Of a stretch of 60,522 nt of DNA, positions 8,894 through 15,762 are shown piece after piece; the stretch's first letter is position 1, and each line of letters opens with the position of its first letter. The stretch is taken from assembly GCA_045652845.1 (NCBI GenBank), contig JAZOLJ010000008.1:1-60522 (forward strand). The letters run 5' to 3'. The stretch comes from Eubacteriales bacterium. Lineage in GTDB: Bacteria > Bacillota > Clostridia > Oscillospirales > CAG-272. Below the pieces are notes generated by a model. It ran no database searches. It was given only the letters and a program-made list of their open reading frames with translations, and was not told where the DNA came from. Made by a program: the position numbers and the translations under genes.

Positions 8894-8922
8894 TTGACTT
8901 TTTTGCAAATTCGTGCTATACT
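8894..8922 (+). promoter_or_regulatory. SigA-type promoter of the 9000 lipoprotein gene
   Basis: TTGACT (8894-8899), 17 nt, TATACT (8917-8922). Confidence 0.65.
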
Positions 8923-8999
8923 GTTTTTAACCGAGCATCGCGTATGCAGTGCTTGGCTTGTGGTAGATCAACCAAAAATTTTCAAGAAGGAGAAAACCT

Positions 9000-9845
9000 A
9001 TGAAAAAGCTTGTATCACTCTTACTTACCGTATGCGTGTGCCTTGGCGCGCTCCTTTCACTGACGGCGTGCGGTCACGAGCACTCCTACAAATCCGAATG
9101 GTCGAAGGACCAGACGCACCACTGGCACGCCTGCGAGGGCAAGGACTGCACCGAGGTAGCAGACAAGACCGAGCACACCTGGAACGGCGGTGAGATCACC
9201 ACTGCCCCCACCAAGGAAGCTGCCGGCACAAAAACCTTCACCTGCACCGCTTGCGGCGCCACCAAAACTGAGCCCGTAGCGTATAATCCCCAAACAACCG
9301 TTACTGCAGAGCAATTTGCAAGCGCCTTCACGCTCGGCAACAACTGGACCATTTCCTTCTTTGGATTCCACCCGGTTTACCAGCAAAAAATGAGCGTCGT
9401 GCAAAAGCGTGCTGACAACAAATTCCACTGCATCGAAACGATGATGGATGCAAACGACACCGTGCTTGACACCTACGAGGATTTCGATGAGATCGTTGAC
9501 AACGTATGGTATGGATACAGATATGATGAGCAGACGGAAAAATTCGACAAGGTAACCGTTAGCGATCCCGTAGAGCAGCGTCTTGCCAGCATGCTGAGCG
9601 ACTATCTCCCCGACTGCCTGAAGGTTTTTGCCGACTATACCTACGACGCTCAAGCCAAGGCGTACGTTGCCGCATCGATCCTCAACACGCAGTCGAACAC
9701 CACGCTGACCAACGTCTCCCTGTCCTTTGAGGACGGCGCTCTGGTCGGCCTCTCCTACACTATCGACATGGGTGGTGCAGCCGTTTCCTACACCGCCACC
9801 ATCACCTACGGCGATGCCACCGTTACCCTGCCCGCCGTTGACTGA
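9000..9845 (+). CDS. Lipoprotein with an N-terminal His/Cys-rich H-x-W...C...C-x2-C module, function unknown
   Basis: Signal peptide with lipobox LSLTAC. AAGGAGAAAA RBS and its own promoter and terminator. The motif reads HHWHACEGKDC...EHTWNGGEITTAPT...TFTCTACG. The antisense 294-aa ORF (9057..9941) is rejected. Confidence 0.75.
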   Translation: MKKLVSLLLTVCVCLGALLSLTACGHEHSYKSEWSKDQTHHWHACEGKDCTEVADKTEHTWNGGEITTAPTKEAAGTKTFTCTACGATKTEPVAYNPQTTVTAEQFASAFTLGNNWTISFFGFHPVYQQKMSVVQKRADNKFHCIETMMDANDTVLDTYEDFDEIVDNVWYGYRYDEQTEKFDKVTVSDPVEQRLASMLSDYLPDCLKVFADYTYDAQAKAYVAASILNTQSNTTLTNVSLSFEDGALVGLSYTIDMGGAAVSYTATITYGDATVTLPAVD

Positions 9846-9862
9846 TCTATAGCTTTTCACAC

Positions 9863-9898
9863 AAAAAGAGCCTCCCGTCGGGAGGCTCTTTTTGTTGG
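9863..9898. repeat. Repeat T2: terminator hairpin copy (terminator of the 9000 gene)
   Basis: aaaaagagcctccc-gtc-gggaggctc tttttgttgg. The following nucleotides, cgcgaacaac, resemble the tRNA-Leu 3' end tgcgagaaac at site T3. Confidence 0.75.
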
Positions 9899-9996
9899 CG
9901 CGAACAACCGCTTGCCACGAATGGCAAGCACAAACATTCAAAGCCGCGCGTCGGCGCGAGCAAAAAGAAAACGCCCCCGATTGGGTGCGTTACGAC

Positions 9997-10149
9997 GGGA
10001 CGTTGAACCACTTTGCAGGGCTTTGCCCTGCACATTTGAAGAAGGTCTTGATGCCTGAACGGCATCATTTTGCTTTGCAAAAATCGACCTCCTTCTCTGC
10101 CGCCGCTTCGTGTGGTGCTGATGGGGACGAACGCAAGGGCGGCAGGGGT
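9997..10149. repeat. 153-bp hairpin-rich intergenic repeat, copy A
   Basis: Identical to 12762-12914 except for 2 substitutions (a/g at cacAtttg and c/t at gaccTCc). It contains the hairpins cagggctttgccctg and gatgcctgaacggcatc, and ctgccgcc...ggcggcag (read on the minus strand). Confidence 0.9.
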
Positions 10150-10183
10150 CCGGCAGCTGCCGAACCCCGCACCAAACGCAAAA

Positions 10184-10211
10184 GGGAGTGCTTCGGCACT
10201 CCCTTTTGCGT
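10184..10211. terminator. Terminator of the minus-strand islet operon (bidirectional)
   Basis: gggagtgc-ttcg-gcactccc (10184-10203) flanked by aaaa and tttt. Confidence 0.7.
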
Positions 10212-10238
10212 TTGGCTAGTGTTGTCTATTTAGATGCA
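10212..10238. repeat. 27-nt direct repeat X27b
   Basis: See 8820-8846. Confidence 0.85.
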
Positions 10239-10240
10239 GA

Positions 10241-11020
10241 TCAAAGCCCGAGCAATTCTTTTTTCTTGGTGTCAAATTCTTCTTGCGTGATCGCCCCCAA
10301 GTCAAGCAAATCCTTGTATTTTTTCAACTCATCCGGCACAGACCCGATAAACGTCGATGCTTGCGGTGTTTGTTTATCTGCGGCTTGCGGAGTGGCGGAG
10401 ATCGTAACACTGTCATTTTGAACCTTCGCGTCTTTGCTTTTTAAAAGCGATAAAACACCGGGGACAAGACTGATAACGAAAGCCAGTATGCACCCAAAGA
10501 GTGTGTCGATAGGGGACCGATAAAATCTAACAGTTTCTTCCACATAAGCCCTCTCCGTCATCGTAGACCACAGAGCTTCAGTATCTAATATATAAATGAC
10601 ATCTCCTTCAACACATACAACTATACACAACACCACTGCAGCAAGTGGCAAAGCGGAGAAATATATTTTATTTAAAATCTCACACCGTGGGATAATTGCC
10701 TCTGCGGCCACAACAATATTGATTCCCAACACGACCAAAAAAACGATCTCCAAAGTAGCACCACAGCTTTTCGAGTTAAGATAAGCCGCTTTGCCAAAAA
10801 AATTCATGGAGAGGTCGTTGTAATCTATTATAGTACCCTGCCGCGGACCGCCGCTTACTACATACAATGTTGTCTTTTCCTGTGCTGGGATTTCAATTAT
10901 CACTAAAAGCAAGAATGATAGAATGAGGAATATAAGTTTGATTATGTTTAATATAAGTGCGGTCTTGTCTTGTTTCTTCTGTATAGAAGTGGTCATTGAA
11001 TAGGTGTCAGTCATTCGCAA
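10241..11020 (-). CDS. Polytopic membrane protein with C-terminal SHOCT domain
   Basis: 259 aa with about 4 TM segments. The C-terminus DELKKYKDLLDLGAITQEEFDTKKKELLGL is a typical SHOCT (short C-terminal) domain. The gene is AT-rich relative to its flanks. Confidence 0.7.
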   Translation of the reverse strand: MRMTDTYSMTTSIQKKQDKTALILNIIKLIFLILSFLLLVIIEIPAQEKTTLYVVSGGPRQGTIIDYNDLSMNFFGKAAYLNSKSCGATLEIVFLVVLGINIVVAAEAIIPRCEILNKIYFSALPLAAVVLCIVVCVEGDVIYILDTEALWSTMTERAYVEETVRFYRSPIDTLFGCILAFVISLVPGVLSLLKSKDAKVQNDSVTISATPQAADKQTPQASTFIGSVPDELKKYKDLLDLGAITQEEFDTKKKELLGL

Positions 11021-11105
11021 TAATCCTTTCTTATCATGTTCTTCTTGAATATCGATGCTAAGTATCTTATTAATATTTGCAATTTATTTCATTCAAACAT
11101 CAAAA

Positions 11106-12017
11106 TCAATTTCCAGGATAATTGACAAATCCGAAATTTTTTGTGCTCAAGGGCAATGAATTTGATTTAAATTGCTTGTTCATAGTATTCAATAGCATTT
11201 GCAGATAGATGGTTGCGGCCTGACTTGTTTCACCAGGCGATAATGCTGTTGCTGTACTTGAATAATTGTCATATGGCAATTGCGTTGTATCCAAATCAAT
11301 TGTAGAAGCCACGATTTTTCCTTCTATATCAGATGCGACATGAGTAGAATGCCAATAATTAAAAGTATATGCATATACTCCACTTGCACCTGGTTCAATA
11401 TTTATGGTAAAGAAATATTTAGAATCCTTTGATAAACGACATGCAACAAAATTTGTGCCTTCGCTTTTCGACAAATTAAACTTATATGCATCACTAGAAA
11501 TGTAAACTGTCTTTTCATAAGACCAATAAATCCCTCCTGTATAAATGTTTGTTGCTTTTGTCCCACGAGTTAACACAAAATTCAGAAGAGTTTGATAATA
11601 ATCTATTTCACATACCTCACACGATTCTACTCCTTCGTGGTCATAAATACTATATGTGCCATCGGTAGTTTCGCAAACAGAACATTGTTTGGGGGCAATA
11701 CATGTTGCATCAATCCAAGAGTGGCCTAAAGATGAGCCTTCGATTTCTTCGCAGGCAGAGCAGGTTTTAGGCGAGGTACAGGTTGCATCAACCCAAGAAT
11801 GTCCTAAAGATACCCCCGTTGTTTCATCACACAAAGAACATGTTTTAGGAGCAGTGCAGGTTGCTGATTTCCATATATGTTGACATGATTCTGATGTTTT
11901 TGACGAGGAACATGCAATTGTAGTTAACAGTATACATATTGCAATCAAAGCGCAAAATAACTTAAATGTTGCATGTAGATATTTACCCTTGAATTTCATA
12001 ATAATAAATCCTTTCAT
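11106..12017 (-). CDS. Lipoprotein with three tandem Cys-rich repeats (H-x-W-x3-TC-x2-PK-x-CS-x-C)
   Basis: Lipobox LTTIAC. The repeats are HIWKSATCTAPKTCSLCDETTGVSLG, HSWVDATCTSPKTCSACEEIEGSSLG and HSWIDATCIAPKQCSVCETTDG. AT-rich codon usage. Confidence 0.7.
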   Translation of the reverse strand: MKGFIIMKFKGKYLHATFKLFCALIAICILLTTIACSSSKTSESCQHIWKSATCTAPKTCSLCDETTGVSLGHSWVDATCTSPKTCSACEEIEGSSLGHSWIDATCIAPKQCSVCETTDGTYSIYDHEGVESCEVCEIDYYQTLLNFVLTRGTKATNIYTGGIYWSYEKTVYISSDAYKFNLSKSEGTNFVACRLSKDSKYFFTINIEPGASGVYAYTFNYWHSTHVASDIEGKIVASTIDLDTTQLPYDNYSSTATALSPGETSQAATIYLQMLLNTMNKQFKSNSLPLSTKNFGFVNYPGN

Positions 12018-12175
12018 TTGTTTTTGGGCGGTATTGCATTTTTAGGAATATGCCAAGGCGAGCCTGGCTTGTCCTGTGTGGCGCCCTCTATTTTTCTTTC
12101 ACGACACCACTTTTGAACTGTTGCTTGTGACACGCCCCATTTCTCGGCGGCGTCCTTTGTACCCATATCTGCCAT
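12014..12175 (-). CDS. Small helix-turn-helix protein (excisionase/MerR-like HTH_17 type), 53 aa, absent from the ORF track
   Basis: Hand translation gives MADMGTKDAAEKWGVSQATVQKWCRERKIEGATQDKPGSPWHIPKNAIPPKNK. The TGA overlaps the ATG of the lipoprotein gene (ATGA). GGAGG lies upstream. Confidence 0.6.
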   Translation of the reverse strand: MADMGTKDAAEKWGVSQATVQKWCRERKIEGATQDKPGSPWHIPKNAIPPKNK

Positions 12176-12220
12176 TTTGCTTTATTTAACCTCCTTGCAA
12201 AACAGTTTTAGTAGAGTTTG

Positions 12221-12240
12221 GTTTTGCGAACGAGCAAAAC
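12221..12240. promoter_or_regulatory. Candidate operator in the divergent HTH/XRE intergenic region
   Basis: Inverted repeat gttttgc-gaacga-gcaaaac. An extended -10 TGTTATAAT for the XRE gene lies about 60 nt downstream. Confidence 0.35.
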
Positions 12241-12338
12241 AAGAACTATACTGCCTATAATTGTATCATCATAGTTCCTGTTTGTCAAGGGTTTTATGTG
12301 TTATAATTCCTATATAAAGTGCGAAAAGAGGAAGAATT

Positions 12339-12656
12339 ATGCTTGTTTTCGATTTTCTTGCGATTGGCAATAAACTCTGCCTGATCAGAAAAGCTATGGG
12401 AATGACACAAGCAGAGGTTGCAGAAGCAGCAGGCGTTTGCGACAGGACCTACGCCGATATCGAGCGAGGCACGGTCAATATGCGTGTGGAAACGCTGTTA
12501 CGCATATGTAAGGTGCTGAAAATCACCCCCGACGAGGTATTGACAAGCGACACCGACCTTTCCTCTGATGAAATTTTGGCTCTTCTCAATTCCGCATCAA
12601 GCAAAAACAAGAAAACGGCTTTGAAGATATTAGAGGCATATTTACAAAGTATTTGA
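12339..12656 (+). CDS. XRE family transcriptional regulator
   Basis: 105 aa. The Cro/C1-type HTH reads LIRKAMGMTQAEVAEAAGVCDRTYADIERGTVNMRVETLLRICKVLKITPDEVL. Confidence 0.85.
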   Translation: MLVFDFLAIGNKLCLIRKAMGMTQAEVAEAAGVCDRTYADIERGTVNMRVETLLRICKVLKITPDEVLTSDTDLSSDEILALLNSASSKNKKTALKILEAYLQSI

Positions 12657-12667
12657 TAGAAACAAAC

Positions 12668-12699
12668 AAAAAAGAACGGACATCAGTCCGTTCTTTTTT
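12668..12699 (+). terminator. Terminator of the XRE gene
   Basis: agaacggac-atca-gtccgttct flanked by an A-run and tttttg. Confidence 0.75.
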
Positions 12700-12761
12700 G
12701 TTATGCGCTTGATGGGACTTGCCCCGCTTTGGCGGCGAGCCGCCGAAGTTAAAGGATGATG

Positions 12762-12914
12762 GGACGTTGAACCACTTTGCAGGGCTTTGCCCTGCACGTT
12801 TGAAGAAGGTCTTGATGCCTGAACGGCATCATTTTGCTTTGCAAAAATCGACCTTCTTCTCTGCCGCCGCTTCGTGTGGTGCTGATGGGGACGAACGCAA
12901 GGGCGGCAGGGGTT
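12762..12914. repeat. 153-bp hairpin-rich intergenic repeat, copy B
   Basis: See 9997-10149 (151 of 153 identical, same orientation). Confidence 0.9.
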
Positions 12915-12920
12915 CAAGAC

Positions 12921-12978
12921 CGCGCTTCGCGCGGCAGCAAAAAAGAGAGCCTCCCGATTGGGAGACTCTCTTTTTTGT
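12921..12978. repeat. Repeat T3: double-hairpin unit serving as terminator of tRNA-Leu
   Basis: ccgcgcttcgcgcgg cagc aaaaaagagagcctccc-gatt-gggagactctc ttttttgttgg, immediately 3' of the tRNA on the minus strand. Confidence 0.8.
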
Positions 12979-13063
12979 TGGTGCGAGAAACGGGACTTGA
13001 ACCCGTACGGTGTAAACCACACGCCCCTCAAACGTGCGCGTCTGCCAGTTCCGCCACTCTCGC
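12979..13063 (-). tRNA. tRNA-Leu (anticodon GAG), class II, CCA encoded
   Basis: Folded by hand from the reverse complement GCGAGAG-TG-GCG-GAACTGGCAGA-CGC-G-CACGT-TTGAGGG-GCGTG-TGGTTTACACCGT-ACGGG-TTCAAGT-CCCGT-TTCTCGC-ACCA. It has a 7-bp acceptor stem (one G-U), a 3-bp D stem, a 13-nt variable arm and a TTCAAGT T-loop. Confidence 0.9.
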
Positions 13064-13077
13064 GTGGCAACGCTACT

Positions 13078-13106
13078 ATTATACACAAATGGCAAAGGCT
13101 TGTCAA
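13078..13106 (-). promoter_or_regulatory. Perfect consensus SigA promoter for tRNA-Leu
   Basis: On the minus strand: TTGACA (13106-13101), 17 nt, TATAAT (13083-13078). The tRNA 5' end lies 15 nt downstream of the -10. Confidence 0.75.
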
Positions 13107-13140
13107 GGGGGTTTTGAAAAGTTTTTAAAGTTTTTTTGCG

Positions 13141-14079
13141 TTAAAATCCCTCGGGCAGCCTTACGGTGCTTTTGGGGATCTTGGCGAGGTCAAAAAGCGG
13201 AACAAGCTCGCTTAATTCCACTGGCTCGGGGCGCGCGATCAGCCCAAGAGCCGCGGCAAGCGCGCCGAGGACGGGTGCGGCGGTCTTGTATTTTTGGCGC
13301 ACCGTTTCCATGCATCCGTCGCCCTCCCTTTTCGAGAGCCTTCTGCCTGCGGCATCCACCAAAAGCGGAATATGGCAATACGACGGCGTAGCAAGGCCCA
13401 GTGTTTTTTGCAAATAGATCTGGCGTGGAGTGCTAAAAAGCAGGTCGTTGCCGCGCACCACCTCCGAAACGCCCGAAAGCGCATCATCCACCACCACAGC
13501 AAGCTGATAGGCAAAAATGCCGTCGGCGCGGCGCACCACAAAATCTGAGCAATCGCGCAACAGATTTTCACGGTATTCCCCCGCAATACGGTCAAACACC
13601 CCCAGCTCCTCGTCGGGCACGGTGACACGAAACGCAGGCTTTTTGCCCGCGGGCGGCTGCTCACCGCGTGCAGCGCGCAGCAGGCAGCGTCTGTCGTAGA
13701 TCGGCGCGTGATCCGAAAGATGGGGCGCGGTGGTAGCGTGCAGCTCGGCACGGGAGCAATAGCAGGGGTAGATCAGCCCCTTGTCCTTTAAAATATTAAA
13801 ATATTCCTCATAAATTTCTCCGCGCGCCGACTGATACAGCACCTCGCCGTCAAAGCTAAGCCCCAGCCATGCAAGATCGTCAAGCATATAGCGCGTATTT
13901 TCCCCCATAAAGGGGCAGCGTGCAGCATCAAGATCCTCAATACGAAGCAATATTTTACCGCCCTGCTTGCGCGCAGAAAGCCACGCAACCAGCGCGCACA
14001 TCAGATTGCCAAGATGCAATCTTGCGCTGGGTGTTGGGGCAAAACGCCCCACAACGGGTGGTTTTTTTACATCATCCAT
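13141..14079 (-). CDS. gluQ: tRNA glutamyl-Q(34) synthetase
   Basis: 312 aa. It has a truncated GluRS-like catalytic domain with RFAPTPSARLHLGNL (HIGH-type motif), LLRIEDLD and no anticodon-binding domain. Confidence 0.85.
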   Translation of the reverse strand: MDDVKKPPVVGRFAPTPSARLHLGNLMCALVAWLSARKQGGKILLRIEDLDAARCPFMGENTRYMLDDLAWLGLSFDGEVLYQSARGEIYEEYFNILKDKGLIYPCYCSRAELHATTAPHLSDHAPIYDRRCLLRAARGEQPPAGKKPAFRVTVPDEELGVFDRIAGEYRENLLRDCSDFVVRRADGIFAYQLAVVVDDALSGVSEVVRGNDLLFSTPRQIYLQKTLGLATPSYCHIPLLVDAAGRRLSKREGDGCMETVRQKYKTAAPVLGALAAALGLIARPEPVELSELVPLFDLAKIPKSTVRLPEGF

Positions 14080-14081
14080 CT

Positions 14082-14996
14082 TTAAAGTCCTTTCGTGTTA
14101 GGGGGAATGACACGCAGCTCCCTGCCATCGGTGCCAAACACCAGCGTGCCACTCTCATCGGTGCGGTAAACGTGGCTGCCTACCGCCGCAAGATTGGCAA
14201 GCACCACCGCGTGCGGAAAGCCGTAAGCATTGCCCTTCTCACAGCTGATGGCGGCAACGGTAGGGGTAAGTGCTGCCGCAAACGCCGCCGTGGTAGAGGT
14301 GCTTGAGCCATGGTGCCCAACCTTTAAAAAATCACAATTCAAGTAGGCTTCACCGTAGGTCGCAAGCAGCCAAGCCTCGACCTCCTGCTCGGCATCACCC
14401 ATAAAGAGCAGCACCGTATCACCAAAGCAAACGCGCAGCACGGTGCCCGCGTTATTTTCGTTGCGGTCGGCATTGGCACTCTCGCCCGGCAAGCCTGCCG
14501 CAAGCACCTCAACGGCGGCGTTACCAAAGGAAAAGTGTTGCCCCGTCACGGCAGTGTCAACGCGCGCACGCGCCGCCGCCTGCTCACAAATCATGCTGTA
14601 TCCAACGTCCTCACTCTCGCCTACGGGCAGCAGCACCTGCTCGACCGCAAGCTCATTCAAAATCAAATGCGTGTTGCCGATATGATCCTCGTGCGGGTGG
14701 GTCAGCACAAGCAGGTCAAGGTGATCGACCCCGTAGGTCATCAAGGCGGTGCGCAGTGCCGCCTCCTCGGCGGCGGTGCCCGTATCGATCAGCATGGTCT
14801 TTTCACCCGTGCGCAACAAAATAGCATCACTTTGCCCAACGTCAAGCACGTACACGTAAAGATACCCCTCATCACGCTCCGAAAAATCAAGCGCGTACAA
14901 AAAACGCGCCAGGGCTGCTACGATAAATAAGAGAGCCAGCGCACGCCAAAGGACGGCCGCGCGCGGCATTTTTAGTGCTTGTTTTTTCTTTTCCAC
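14082..14996 (-). CDS. ComEC/Rec2-related MBL-fold metallo-hydrolase with N-terminal membrane anchor
   Basis: 304 aa with one N-terminal TM. Motifs: VLDVGQSDAILL, LVLTHPHEDHIGN (HxHxDH) and KVGHHGS. Confidence 0.8.
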   Translation of the reverse strand: MEKKKQALKMPRAAVLWRALALLFIVAALARFLYALDFSERDEGYLYVYVLDVGQSDAILLRTGEKTMLIDTGTAAEEAALRTALMTYGVDHLDLLVLTHPHEDHIGNTHLILNELAVEQVLLPVGESEDVGYSMICEQAAARARVDTAVTGQHFSFGNAAVEVLAAGLPGESANADRNENNAGTVLRVCFGDTVLLFMGDAEQEVEAWLLATYGEAYLNCDFLKVGHHGSSTSTTAAFAAALTPTVAAISCEKGNAYGFPHAVVLANLAAVGSHVYRTDESGTLVFGTDGRELRVIPPNTKGL

Positions 14997-15095
14997 GTGC
15001 GCCTCCTTGGTTTTTTCTTTATTGTATCATATTTTTGATGCTTTGAAAAGAGGCTTTTGCTTTTTATCAAACGGTCAAGCCGTGGCGCATATAGT

Positions 15096-15139
15096 AGGCA
15101 AGGGTGAATGATCCGAACTCGGATCATTCACCCTTGCCT
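15096..15139. repeat. 44-nt perfect palindrome (21-bp arms) in the divergent promoter region
   Basis: aggcaagggtgaatgatccga-ac-tcggatcattcacccttgcct. There is no flanking T-run on either strand. It ends 3 nt before the RBS of the M50 gene. Confidence 0.9.
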
Positions 15140-15156
15140 AAAAGAGAGGTGATGGT

Positions 15157-15723
15157 GTGAAAATCAGAATTGCCCCCGCTGCAGTGTTGTATTTTTTTAT
15201 GCTTGCGCCAAGCAAAAACCACCTGCTTGCAGCCACCCTTCTTGCCGCCCTTTTTCACGAATGTGGGCATCTGCTGGCGGCACGGTGGCTTGGCGTGCGG
15301 GTGCGCTTGCTTGAAATTGATCTGTTTGGCGCTAAAATATACCCGTTTGGCTTTATTTCCTCTTACCGACAAGAGCTGCTGCTTGCCGCAGCAGGGCCGC
15401 TTTTCTCACTCATGCTGGGGGCATTTTTGCTGCCGCACGCAAGCACGCCCTTTCATGCGGCTCTTTTGCGCACAACGCTTTCCTTTGCCCTGTTTAACCT
15501 GCTTCCCATTCGCGATTTTGATGGAGGCAGAGTGCTGCACGCCGCACTCTCGCGCCTTTTTTGCACGGATACGGCAGATCGCGCGCTTGCCGTGACCTCA
15601 TACCTCACGCTCCTTTTTCTCTTTTCCCTCTCCTCTTGCATTTTGCTGCGCTACGGGCAAAATTTGGCACTTGCCGTGCTTTCTGCCTCGCTGTTTGCAA
15701 AGCTGTTTTTGCCGCAAAAATAA
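15157..15723 (+). CDS. Site-2 protease family (M50) metallopeptidase, SpoIVFB-like but short
   Basis: 188-aa membrane protein with HECGH (HExxH) and NLLPIRDFDGGRVL (NxxPxxxLDG) motifs. GTG start after AGAGAGG. Confidence 0.8.
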   Translation: MKIRIAPAAVLYFFMLAPSKNHLLAATLLAALFHECGHLLAARWLGVRVRLLEIDLFGAKIYPFGFISSYRQELLLAAAGPLFSLMLGAFLLPHASTPFHAALLRTTLSFALFNLLPIRDFDGGRVLHAALSRLFCTDTADRALAVTSYLTLLFLFSLSSCILLRYGQNLALAVLSASLFAKLFLPQK

Positions 15724-15724
15724 A

Positions 15725-15762
15725 GCACGGATGCACTTTTTTGTGCATCCGTGCCGTTTTTT
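15725..15762. terminator. Bidirectional terminator between the M50 gene and potD
   Basis: 12-bp stem gcacggatgcac/gtgcatccgtgc with a tttttt loop and T-rich tails on both strands. Confidence 0.8.

Noticed and set aside
9997-10020. gggacgttgaacc at the start of the 153-bp repeat looks like the reverse complement of a tRNA T-arm, suggesting a pseudo-tRNA
   Set aside because: I could not fold a 5-bp T-stem, an acceptor stem or an anticodon arm around it on either strand. The similarity to the neighbouring tRNA-Leu T-loop (gggacttgaaccc) is limited to about 11 nt.
9892-10233. ORFs reading through the 153-bp repeats (9892..10233 +, 9847..10080 -, 12719..13000 +, 12642..13106 -, 12829..13095 -, 12834..13391 +)
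   Set aside because: They have no RBS. They span terminator hairpins and even the tRNA gene, and their products are Arg/Ala-rich nonsense. The repeat is better explained as non-coding.
8757-12982. Recurring hairpin units (T1, T2, T3) considered as a CRISPR-like array
   Set aside because: There are only three copies, 1-3 kb apart, and they are imperfect. Each works as a terminator for an adjacent gene. There are no cas genes and no regular spacing.
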